A stretch of DNA of 64,000 nucleotides from Eledone cirrhosa. Taxonomy: Eukaryota. Every line of letters starts with the position of its first letter. Position 1 is the first letter of the stretch. A program made the translations under genes and the position numbers. Of this stretch, positions 1-10,958 are shown piece by piece. Under the pieces are notes generated by a model. It had not been told where the DNA came from and did no database searches. It was given only the letters and a program-made list of their open reading frames with translations. The stretch lies in NCBI GenBank assembly GCA_964016885.1, contig OZ024740.1, positions 136,462,001-136,526,000 of the forward strand, in the 5' to 3' direction.

Positions 1-63
1 CTAATACCTCAGAATTAAGCAGTCTGTGTTGCCTATGTACAATCTAATCTTTGATTCATTTTA

Positions 64-203
64 CCACCTCCTTAGAGGCGTGAAAAAATTGCGAAGAGCA
101 CCTTACAGGTGCCCTCCGCGGGGTATTGGGAATAGTTTTCAACTAGCAATAACCACGCCTCGGATAAACCTCATTGGCCATGGTACCGCCTCTGCGCAAA
201 GCT
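64..203 (-). ncRNA. RNU4: U4 spliceosomal snRNA, copy 1
   Basis: Reverse complement reads AGCTTTGCGCAGAGGCGGTACCATGGCCAATGAGGTTTATCCGAGGCGTGGTTATTGCTAGTTGAAAACTATTCCCAATACCCCGC...GCAATTTTTTCACGCCTCTAAGGAGGTGG. This is colinear with metazoan U4: U6 stem II, the Snu13 kink-turn, stem I, Sm site and 3' hairpin. The 3' end is approximate. Confidence 0.96.
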
Positions 204-356
204 GTCGGTAACTCATCACACCTGTTTATTTAAGGTAATATGAAAAATATTCATTCACTGATTCGTCTTCGCAGTTTATAGTTTATAATTAATTCCTATC
301 ATTCATTTCCATTAATCTTAAAATTCAGCTACTTCTACTTTGTTATGTTTAATAAT

Positions 357-773
357 TGTTTCTACTGTTGGCACAAGGCCAGCAAATATTCCAGTGTATT
401 ACTGGTACTTTATTTTATCGACCCCGTAAGGAAGAAAGGCAAAGTTAACCTCGGAGGTATTTTGAACAGAGTCCGTAAAGGGGAGTAACTGTGCTGCAAA
501 GCATGATTTGCAGCACAGTTACACCCCTTTACATACTGTGTTACGTCCGACGTATTTGTTATGTTTAATAATTGTTTCTACTTTAGGCACAAGGCCAGCA
601 AATACACAGTGCATTACTGGTACTTTATTTTATCGACCACGTAAGTATGAAAGGCAAAGTCAACCTCGGCGGGAAATAATTGTTTCTACTTTTGGCACAA
701 GGCCAGTAATTACCCAGTGCATTACTGGTACTTTATTTTATCGACCCCGTAAGGATGAAAGGCAAAGTTAACC
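357..773 (-). mobile_element. Cluster of MetaSINE-like tRNA-derived SINE pieces (2-3 per unit)
   Basis: Reverse complement contains GCCGAGGTTGACTTTGCCTTTCATCCTTACGGGGTCGATAAAATAAAGTACCAGT (Meta-domain-like). The first copy is bracketed by the direct repeat TTTGTTATGTTTAATAA. Confidence 0.7.
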
Positions 774-1160
774 TAATCTCATAACAGAAATATACAGGCC
801 CACATATTTTGTAAACAGAATAATAAATTAATTCGGTGTATCGTCTTTCTCAAGAATATTATTGACGTCACTACATAACTAATTTAATCCTTCGATGATA
901 GGTTGTTTTTGTTGTCCCTTATGGCCCTTTATTTCTGTTAGTTTTAGCTGGTTTCCTTTTCCTATTGCATTTTATAAGACTTTTCCATTGTTTTTTAATG
1001 ATTTTTGTGACAACCTGCCTTAAATTTTAAAGTTAATTCATATATATTTTAATACTATTTTCATAAAATAATGAAAAATCAGTCTTAAAAGATTTGCCAT
1101 GTATTTGGAGTTAGGGGACCATACATACATAAATGTATGTATGTATGTATATATGTATTA

Positions 1161-1763
1161 TGTCAGGTCACCAGTTGGTGCTACTGGTAACATGTATCCC
1201 AGTACAACCTGTCTCATAGTCGGGTCGTTGGCGACTAAACTGGCAACCCCACCAAGGTTTCTTGGTGAGGAGGGTGACTTTGGACATCCTGCAGGACTAA
1301 AAACAAAACCTGTCAAAGGGCAAAGGACCTCTTAAGAGTCAATGGCCATCCAAAATCACCGGGAGAGATGACCCCTTAGCCTTTGTCAAGGCAGAATTCT
1401 AGGAGAAGGAAAACTCTGATATAACACCTGCAGCCCTCATGGTATCCAATGATGTTGACTTGTTCTTTTTGGTAAATATCATCTTGGTTAAGAGAGTGGG
1501 ACTGGCTTTGTGCAGTGCCTTGCTCACTATTAAAGCTTCACGGCACAGACATTGCTTTATATCTGGAGATCTCTCTGCACTTGTCACATGCTACCATGGG
1601 CCCAGCACTATGTGTCAATAATTGTCACAAGTGTAGTGTTTGTACCAGAGTTTTCAAGTCGCTGGCTGGACTAAAAAGTCACACTCGTTCAGCGCATCGG
1701 TAGGGGTTCTCCTACATGGATATAAAGTAGTGGCCGTACTCGAAAACGAGTTGGCAGCCACCA
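1161..1763 (+). mobile_element. ~600-bp non-autonomous RTE-type retroelement with (ATGT)n tail; equivalent copies at 6726, 11701, 17226 and 22233
   Basis: RTE 5'UTR-like motif TCTAGGAGAAGGAAAACTCTGA. The 3' end encodes the C2H2 tail CSVCTRVFKSLAGLKSHTRSAHR*, followed by a GTGGC..CTCG-AAAA-CGAG..GCCAC hairpin and the microsatellite tail. Confidence 0.7.
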
Positions 1764-1848
1764 TGTATGTATGTATGTAAGTATGTATGTATGTATGTAT
1801 GTATGTATGTATGTATGTATGTATGTATGTATGTATGTATGTATGTAT

Positions 1849-2436
1849 GGTAACATGTATCCCAGTACAACCTGTCCCATGGTCGGGTCGTTGGCGACTA
1901 AACTGGCAACCCCACCAAGGTTTCGTGGTGAGGACGGTGACTTTGGACATCCTACCGGACTAAAAGCAAAGCCTGTCAAATGGCAAAGGACCTCTTAAGA
2001 GTCAATAGCCATCCAAAATCACCGGGAGAGATGACCCCTTAGCCTTTGTCAAGACAGAATTCTAGGAGAAGGAAAACTCTGATATAACACCTGCAACCCT
2101 GATGGTATCCAATGATGTTGACTTGTTCTTCTTTTTGGTAAATATTATCTTGGTTAAGAGAGTGGGACTGGCTTTGTGCAGTGCCTTTGCTCACTACAAA
2201 AGCTTCATGGCACAGGCATTGCTTTATATCTGGAGATCTCTCTGAACTTGTCGTCACATGGTACCATGGGCCCAGCACTATGTGTCAATAATTGTCACAA
2301 GTGTAGTGTTAGTACCAGAGTTTTCAAGTCGCTGGCTGGACTAAAAAGTCACACTCGTTCAGCGCATCGGTAGGAGTTCTCCTACATGGATATAAAGTAG
2401 TGGCCGTACTCGAAAACGAGTTGGCAGCCACCACCA
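1849..2436 (+). mobile_element. Second, 5'-truncated copy of the 600-bp RTE-type element (also at 12361 and 22889)
   Basis: Same sequence starting at GGTAACATG, directly after the (TATG)n tail of the first copy. Confidence 0.7.
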
Positions 2437-2870
2437 TGTGTGTATATATGTATGCATGTGTATATGTGTATATATATGTATGTGTGTATATGTATATGTT
2501 AGGTCATCAGTTGGTGCTATATTGCCCGTACATGTATTCAAAGTATGTATACATTTTTTTGGTGACACCTGCATTCATTTTTACAATAAATCCTGTATGA
2601 TAAGAGCTTATAAATTATTCAACTTAATTCTGTGTATGTTTAAGAAATGAACCCCATGACCCTTACAATATACAACAATACAGGTACATTTACTGTTTTT
2701 CATGCTTTAATGAAGGACGGTGAATTGGCAGTATTGGTTGTACCTGTATGTATGTTTGTATGTATGTTTGTATGTTTGTGTGTGTGTATGTATGTATGTA
2801 TGTATGTATGTATGTATGTATGTATGTATGTATGTATGTATGTATGTATGTATGTATGTATGTATGTATG

Positions 2871-3479
2871 TGTCAGGTCACCAGTTGGTGCTACTGGTAA
2901 CATGTATCCCAGTACAACCTGTCTCATGGTCGGGTCGTTGGCGACTAAACTGACAACCCCACCAAGGTTTCTTGATGAGGACGGTGACTTTGGACATCCT
3001 GCAGGACTAAAAACAAAACCTGTCAAAGGGCAAAGGAGCTCTTAAGAGTCAATGGCCATCCAAAATCACCGGGAGAGATGACCCCTTAGCCTTTGTCAAG
3101 GCAGAATTCTAGGAGAAGGAAAACTCTGATACAACACCTGCAACCCTGATGGTATCCAATGATGTTGACTTGTTCTTCTTTTTGGTAAATATCATCTTGG
3201 TTAAGAGAGTGGGACTGGCTTTGTGCAATGCCTTTGCTCACTATAAAAGCTTCACGGCACAGGCGTTGCTTTATATCTGGAGATCTCTCAGCACTTGTCA
3301 TCACATGGTACCATGGACCCAGCACTATGTGTCAATAATTGTCACAAGTGTAGTGTTTGTACCAGAGTTTTCAAGTCGCTGGCTGGACTAAAAAGCCACA
3401 CTCGTTCAGCGCATCGGTAGGGTTCTCCTACATGGATATAAAGTAGTGGCCGTACTCGAAACCGAGTTGGCAGCCACCA
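2871..3479 (+). mobile_element. Third copy of the 600-bp RTE-type element (also at 7931, 13375, 18427 and 23895)
   Basis: Same sequence, flanked on both sides by (TATG)n. Confidence 0.7.
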
Positions 3480-3498
3480 TGTATGTATGTATGTATGT

Positions 3499-3628
3499 TA
3501 GGGTGGTGAATTGGCAGAGTCGTTAGAACGTCGAATAAAAGTGTTTGTGATATTTGTCCCGGTCGTGGTCACCTTTGCCTTTCATCAATTCGAAGTCGAT
3601 AAATAAAGTACCAGTCTAGTACTGGGTT
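3499..3628 (+). mobile_element. Degraded MetaSINE-like SINE
   Basis: A-box-like head TGGCAGAGTCGTTAG followed by CTTTGCCTTTCATC..GTCGATAAATAAAGTACCAGT. Confidence 0.6.
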
Positions 3629-3678
3629 GGATTCTTCACCTATATCTCTTTCTCATTTCCTCTCTCTCACTTTCTAAC

Positions 3679-3881
3679 TTTCTCTGTACCCGGGTGTATT
3701 ATTCCCTGGTTACGCGTTCCTTGGTACAGATACCATCATAAGATATATTTTCATCTATCCCTTAGGTATCTGTAGCAGTCCTCCTCGGATATCGGTGAAA
3801 CAGTTAGGCCATTGATAAAAATGTTGCTAGATTAGCTTGTAGTTTTTCCCCGCTTTACAATCATATATGAACACTTATCCT
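3679..3881 (-). mobile_element. Reverse transcriptase fragment of an R4/Dong-like (RLE-type) non-LTR retrotransposon, present in every long unit
   Basis: Manual translation gives DKCSYMIVKRGKTTS*SSNIFINGLTVSPISEEDCYRYL/[frameshift]IDENISYDGICTKERVTRE(Y/*)YTRVQ. This matches the DKC..RGK...YKYLG...KERV.KEY..RV pattern of RT domains 6-7. Confidence 0.6.
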
Positions 3882-4818
3882 GTAAAGCCTGGTGTAGTCG
3901 AAGGGGCACTGTTGCGACATACGATGTGTTTGGGCATTGTAAATCTGGTGGAGCCCATCCCCTCTCCGGATCTAACACAACCGATTTCCTCTAAAGAGAG
4001 AGAGGTGGGTATAAAGAGAAAGACATTTCAATATGAATAATCGACTCCAAAGGACGACAGTCAAAGTTGACATTGACGGGGTTTGAACTAAGAGAGCCGA
4101 AACAACACGAAATACAAGAGGGTTACGGAGTATATTACCTCCTTTACAATTTGCAAGGCCTACAAGTGACGAGATAGGTCCAGTCAGTACATCGCTCGGA
4201 GAATCAAGGCGGTGCCTCCTAAATATCTAACACTAATCACATCGTAGCTCCTTTTAAATGGTGTAAAGAACACACCTCCCTCCAACATGTCTATTTTTTT
4301 TGATACTGAAAGCAACTTTGTACCGGCCATCTCGCACAAGTTTACGCATCTAATGGCAGTTTTTCTTTCTACGCTCAAGATCGTTTGTACGTTTATCTAT
4401 TGGACATGATCTATTGTTTATTTTTCTACTAAAGATGATCGATAGTATATTTTTCTTTTGACATGCTGGATTGAACGTTTTTTCCACTGGTCATCATCGA
4501 TTGTATCTTTTCCCACAGAAAATGATCGATTCTCCATTCTTTTGTTCGCCAACTTATGTACGAGCTTGTAATTCCTGGCGAAGCCCACAGCGTTCGTCTG
4601 TACACAACTGATTTCTTCCAGCGAAAGTGAGAGGGACAGTCTGAAAGATGGAAAAAAGTTTGGCATCGGCGACAATTGAACTAAAATTCGCTAAACGCCA
4701 AGACATTTCTGCTTTCTACCAACTATGCCAGTGTGGCGTCTAAATTTGTATATCGAATTCTACCTATATTTCTCAGATTAATAAAATTATAGAAGTTGTC
4801 TATTTTTGTATTTAAATA

Positions 4819-4872
4819 CCAACCTCGTGTGAGGTTTGTAAAAATTGCGTCTAGCACCTTATAGGTGGCCCT
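4819..4872 (-). pseudogene. Divergent U4 snRNA 3' half (central hairpin, Sm site, terminal hairpin); also at 9919, 15323, 20451 and 25842
   Basis: Reverse complement AGGGCCACCTATAAGGTGCTAGACGCAATTTTTACAAACCTCACACGAGGTTGG aligns to the main U4 3' part AGGGCACCTGTAAGGTGCTCTTCGCAATTTTTTCACGCCTCTAAGGAGGTGG. Confidence 0.8.
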
Positions 4873-5718
4873 TCATTTCTGTTAGTTTTAGCTGGGGTTT
4901 TTTTTCTATTGCACTTTATAAGACTTTTCCATGCTTTTGTCACATTCCTTAAATTTTACATTTAACATATATATAATGCTTTCATAAAGTAATGAAAAAT
5001 CAGATTTAATTCGTATCCGAAATGTTTCAGTGTTTACGTGCATTTGTATATATGTATGTATCTAACCCCTCGTGTATTGGTAGTGGTGTCATGACATACA
5101 GAATGTCGTGAGCATTTCATACATGGCGGAGTCATGGGGTAGGAAATGTATTTTGTGTGTAAATGTTAAACAGTTACAAAGGGAGTTATGTATTAATATA
5201 AACAAACATAGATTGGGAGGGTTCGAAATCCATATATGATCGAGCAGGCTCTAAATGTTTTCAGCCAATATACTAAAAATAACAGTAAAATCTCCCCCTA
5301 ATTATTAGTAGTGGTACAGTAAATGTTTCCGGCCGCTTCTCGCTGCACAACCCACCGTGGGGACCACTAGTTTCCTTGCTCCCTACACTTCTGATTTCCA
5401 CGATAAATTCAGAAGGACGGTGACCCACTTGAGGAAGGGGCCCGTAGGGTGGGGTAGCTGCTACAGCCGATGTCTCTAGTCATTCTCCGTGGTAATGCCT
5501 TTGTAATTTTACCTACGGTGAGGCACCGCTCAGACTGGGGTGTAGTGTCTGCCTCTCCCTTTAGTTGCATTAAATGTTTTGATTCTGTATATCCACTACC
5601 ATCAATATAACTACAACTAAATCTCATAGTTAGACAATAGCACTAACTGTAACGCCTAATACCTCAGAATTAAGCAGTCTGTGTTGCCTATGTACAATCT
5701 AATCTTTGCTTCATTTTA

Positions 5719-5858
5719 CCACCTCCTTAGAGGCGTGAAAAAATTGCGAAGAGCACCTTACAGGTGCCCTCCGCGGGGTATTGGGAATAGTTTTCAACTA
5801 GCAATAACCACGCCTCGGATAAACCTCATTGGCCATGGTACCGCCTCTGCGCAAAGCT
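5719..5858 (-). ncRNA. RNU4: U4 snRNA, copy 2
   Basis: Same sequence as copy 1. Confidence 0.96.
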
Positions 5859-8800
5859 GTCGGTAACCCATCACACCTGTTTATTTAAGGTAATATGAAA
5901 AATATTCATTCACTGATTCGTCTTCGCAGTTTATAGTTTATAATTAATTCCTATCATTCATTTCCATTAATCTTAAAATTCAGCTACTTCTACTTTGTTA
6001 TGTTTAATAATTGTTTCTACTGTTGGCACAAGGCCAGCAAATATTCCAGTGTATTACTGGTACTTTATTTTATCGACCACGTAAGGATGAAAGGCAAAGT
6101 TAACCTCGGAGGTATTTTGAACAGAGTCCGTAAAGGGGAGTAACTGTGCTGCAAAGCATGATTTGCAGCACAGTTACACCCCTTTACATACTGTGTTACG
6201 TCCGACGCATTTGTTATGTTTAATAATTGTTTCTACTTTAGGCACAAGGCCAGCAAATACACAGTGCATTACTGGTACTTTATTTTATCGACCACGTAAG
6301 TATGAAAGGCAAAGTCAACCTCGGCGGGAAATAATAATCTCATAACAGAAATATACAGGCCCACATATTTTGTAAACAGAATAATAAATTAATTCGGTAT
6401 ATCGTCTTTCTCAAGAATATTATTGACGTCACTACATAACTAATTTAATCCTTCGATGATAGGTTGTTTTTGTTGTCCCTTATGGCCCTTTATTTCTGTT
6501 AGTTTTAGCTGGTTTCCTTTTCCTATTGCATTTTATAAGACTTTTCCATTGTTTTTTAATGATTTTTGTGACAACCTGCCTTAAATTTTAAAGTTAATTC
6601 ATATATATTTTAATACTATTTTCATAAAATAATGAAAAATCAGTCTTAAAAGATTTGCCATGTATTTGGAGTTAGGGGACCATACATACATAAATGTATG
6701 TATGTATGTATGTATGTATGTATTATGTCAGGTCACCAGTTGGTGCTACTGGTAACATGTATCCCAGTACAACCTGTCTCATAGTCGGGTCGTTGGCGAC
6801 TAAACTGGCAACCCCACCAAGGTTTCTTGGTGAGGAGGGTGACTTTGGACATCCTGCAGGACTAAAAACAAAACCTGTCAAAGGGCAAAGGAGCTCTTAA
6901 GAGTCAATGGCCATCCAAAATCACCGGGAGAGATGACCCCTTAGCCTTTGTCAAGGCAGAATTCTAGGAGAAGGAAAACTCTGATATAACACCTGCAGCC
7001 CTCATGGTATCCAATGATGTTGACTTGTTCTTTTTGGTAAATATCATCTTGGTTAAGAGAGTGGGACTGGCTTTGTGCAGTGCCTTTGCTCACTATAAAA
7101 GCTTCATGGCACAGGCATTGCTTTATATCTGGAGATCTCTCTGAACTTGTCGTCACATGGTACCATGGGCCTAGCACTGTGTCAATAATTGTCACAAGTG
7201 TAGTGTTAGTACCAGAGTTTTCAAGTCGCTGGCTGGACTAAAAAGTCACACTCGTTCAGCGTATCGGTAGGAGTTCTCCTACATGGATATAAAGTAGTGG
7301 CCGTACTCGAAAACGAGTTGGCAGCCACCACCATGTGTGTATATATGTATGCATGTGTATATGTGTGTATATATGTATGTGTGTATATGTATATGTTAGG
7401 TCATCAGTTGGTGCTATATTGCCCGTACATGTATTCAAAGTATGTATACATTTTTTTGGTGACACCTGCATTCATTTTTACAATAAATCCTGTATGATAA
7501 GAGCTTATAAATTATTCAACTTAATTCTGTGTATGTTTAAGAAATGAACCCCATGACCCTTACAATATACAACAATACAGGTACATTTACTGTTTTTCAT
7601 GCTTTAATGAAGGACGGTGAATTGGCAGTATTGGTTGTACCTGTATGTATGTTTGTGTGTATGTTTGTATGTTTGTGTGTGTGTATGTATGTATGTATGT
7701 ATGTATGTATGTATGTATGTATGTATGTATGTATGTGTTTGTATGTGTGTTTATATATATATATATATGTGCATGTGTGAGGTATGTATGTATGTATGTA
7801 TGTATGTATGTATGTATGTATGTATGTATGTATGTATGTATGCATGTATGTATGTATGTATGTATGTATGTATGTATGTATGTGTGTATGTATTTATGTA
7901 TGTATGTATGTATGTATGTATGTATGCATGTGTCAGGTCACCAGTTGGTGCTACTGGTAACATGTATCCCAGTACAACCTGTCTCATGGTCGGGTCGTTG
8001 GCGACTAAACTGACAACCCCACCAAGGTTTCTTGGTGAGGACGGTGACTTTGGACATCCTGCAGGACTAAAAACAAAACCTGTCAAAGGGCAAAGGACCT
8101 CTTAAGAGTCAATGGCCATCCAAAATCACCGGGAGAGATGACCCCTTAGCCTTTGTCAAGGCAGAATTCTAGGAGAAGGAAAACTCTGATACAACACCTG
8201 CAACCCTGATGGTATCCAATGATGTTGACTTGTTCTTCTTTTTGGTAAATATCATCTTGGTTAAGAGAGTGGGACTGGCTTTGTGCAATGCCTTTGCTCA
8301 CTATAAAAGCTTCACGGCACAGACATTGCTTTATAACTGGAGATCTCTCTGCACTTGTCACATGGTACCATGGGCCCAGCACTATGTGTCAATAATTGTC
8401 ACAAGTGTAGTGTTTGTACCAGAGTTTTCAAGTCGCTGGCTGGACTAAAAATTCACACTTGTTCAACGCATCAGTAGGGGTTCTCCTACATGGATATAAA
8501 GTAGTGGCCGTATTCGAAAACGAGTTGGCAGCCACCATGTATGTATGTATGTATGTATGTATGTATGTATGTATGTATGTATGTATGTATGTATGTTAGG
8601 GTGGTGAATTGGCAGAATCGTTAGAACGTTGAATAAAAGTGTTTGTGATATTTGTCCCGGTCGTGGTCACCTTTGCCTTTCATCAATTCGAAGTCGATAA
8701 ATAAAGTACCAGTCTAGTACTGGGTTGGATTCTTCACCTATATCTCTTTCTCATTTCCTCTCTCTCACTTTCTAACTTTCTCTGTACCCGGGTGTATTAT

Positions 8801-10818
8801 TCCCTGGTTACGCGTTCCTTGGTACAGATACCATCATAGGATATATTTTCATCTATCCCTTAGGTATCTGTAGCAGTCCTCCTCGGATATCGGTGAAACA
8901 GTTAGGCCATTGATAAAAATGTTGCTAGATTAGCTTGTAGTTTTTCCCCGCTTTACAATGGTATATGAACATTTATCCTGTAAAGCCTGGTGTAGTCGAA
9001 GGGGCACCGTTGCCACATACGATGTGTTTGGACATTATAAATCTGGTGGAGCCCATCCCCTCTCCGGATCTAACACAACCGATTTCCTCTAAAGAGAGAA
9101 AGAGGTGGGTATAAAGAGAAAGACATTTCAATATAAATAATCGACTCCAAAGGACGACAGTCAAAGTTGACATCGACGGGGTTTGAACTAAGAGAGCCGA
9201 AACAACACGAAATACAAGAGGGTTACTGAGTATATTACCTCCTTTACAATTTGCAAGGCCTACAAGTGAAGAGATAGGTCCAGTCAGTACATCGCTCGGA
9301 GAATCAAGGCGGTGCCACCTAAATATCTAACACTAATCACATCGTAGCTCCTTTTAAATGGTGTAAAGAACACACCTCCCTCCAACAGGTCTATTTTTTT
9401 TGATACTGAAAGCAACTTTGTACCGGCCATCTCGCACAAGTTTACGCATCTAATGGCAGTTTTTCTTTCTACGCTCAAGATCGTTTGTACGTTTATCTAT
9501 TGGACATGATCTATTGTTTATTTTTCTACTAAAGATGATCGATAGTATATTTTTCTTTTGACATGCTGGATTGAACGTTTTTTCCACTGGTCATCATCGA
9601 TTGTATCTTTTCCCACAGAAAATGATCGATTCTCCATTCTTTTGTTCGCCAACTTATGTACGAGCTTGTAATTCCTGGCGAAGCCCACAGCGTTCGTCTG
9701 TACACAACTGATTTCTTCCAGCGAAAGTGAGAGGGACAGTCTGAAAGATGGAAAAAAGTTTGGCATCGGCGACAATTGAACTAAAATTCGCTAAACGCCA
9801 AGACATTTCTGCTTTCTACCAACTATGCCAGTGTGGCGTCTAAATTTGTATATCGAATTCTACCTATATTTCTCAGATTAATAAAATTATAGAAGTTGTC
9901 TATTTTTGTATTTAAATACCAACCTCGTGTGAGGTTTGTAAAAATTGCGTCTAGCACCTTATAGGTGGCCCTTCATTTCTGTTAGTTTTAGCTGGGGTTT
10001 TTTTTCTATTGCACTTTATAAGACTTTTCCATGCTTTTGTCACATTCCTTAAATTTTACATTTAACATATATATAATGCTTTCATAAAGTAATGAAAAAT
10101 CAGATTTAATTCGTATCCGAAATGTTTCAGTGTTGTCGTGCATTTGTATATATGTATGTATCTAACCCCTCGTGTATTGGTAGTGGTGTCATGACATACA
10201 GAATGTCGTGAGCATTTCATACATGGCGGAGTCATGGGGTAGGAAATGTATTTTGTGTGTAAATGTTAAACAGTTACAAAGGGAGTTATGTATTAATATA
10301 AACAAACATAGATTGGGAGGGTTCGAAATCCATATATGATCGAGCAGGCTCTAAAGGTTTTCAGCCAATATACTAAAAATAACAGTAAAATCTCCCCCTA
10401 ATTATTAGTAGTGGTACAGTAAATGATTCCGGCCGCTTCTCGCTGCACAACCCTCCGTGGGGACCTCTAGTTTCCTTGCTCCCTACACTTCTGATTTCCA
10501 CGATAAATTCAGAAGGACGGTGACCCACTTGAGGAAGGGGCCCGTAGGGTGGGGTAGCTGCTACAGCCGATGTCTCTAGTCATTCTCCGTGGTAATGCCT
10601 TTGTAATTTTACCTACGGTGAGGCACCGCTCAGACTGGGGTGTAGCGCCTGCCCCTCCCTTTAGTTGCATTAAATGTTTTGATTCTGTATATCCACTACC
10701 ATCAATATAACTACAACTAAATCTCATAGTTAGACAATAGCAATAACTGTAACGCCTAATACCTAAGAATTAAGCAGTCTGTGTTGCCTATGTACAATCT
10801 AATCTTCGATTCATTTTA

Positions 10819-10958
10819 CCACCTCCTTAGAGGCGTGAAAAAATTGCGAAGAGCACCTTACAGGTGCCCTCCGCGGGGTATTGGGAATAGTTTTCAACTA
10901 GCAATAACCACGCCTCGGATAAACCTCATTGGCCATGGTACCGCCTCTGCGCAAAGCT
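10819..10958 (-). ncRNA. RNU4: U4 snRNA, copy 3
   Basis: Same sequence as copy 1. Confidence 0.96.

Noticed and set aside
26-211. Repeated 61-aa ORF MLPMYNLIF...
   Set aside because: Antisense to the U4 snRNA gene, non-ATG start, no protein features.
357-773. Repeat-spacer pattern resembling a CRISPR array
   Set aside because: Tandem SINE fragments in eukaryotic DNA, with no unique spacers and no cas genes.
1515-1703. C2H2 zinc-finger 'gene' CSVCTRVFKSLAGLKSHTRSAH
   Set aside because: A single finger at the 3' end of a repeated retroelement, best explained as the RTE ORF C-terminus.
7544-8105. MYVC/HTYI-repeat ORFs throughout the array
   Set aside because: Translations of the (TATG)n microsatellite.
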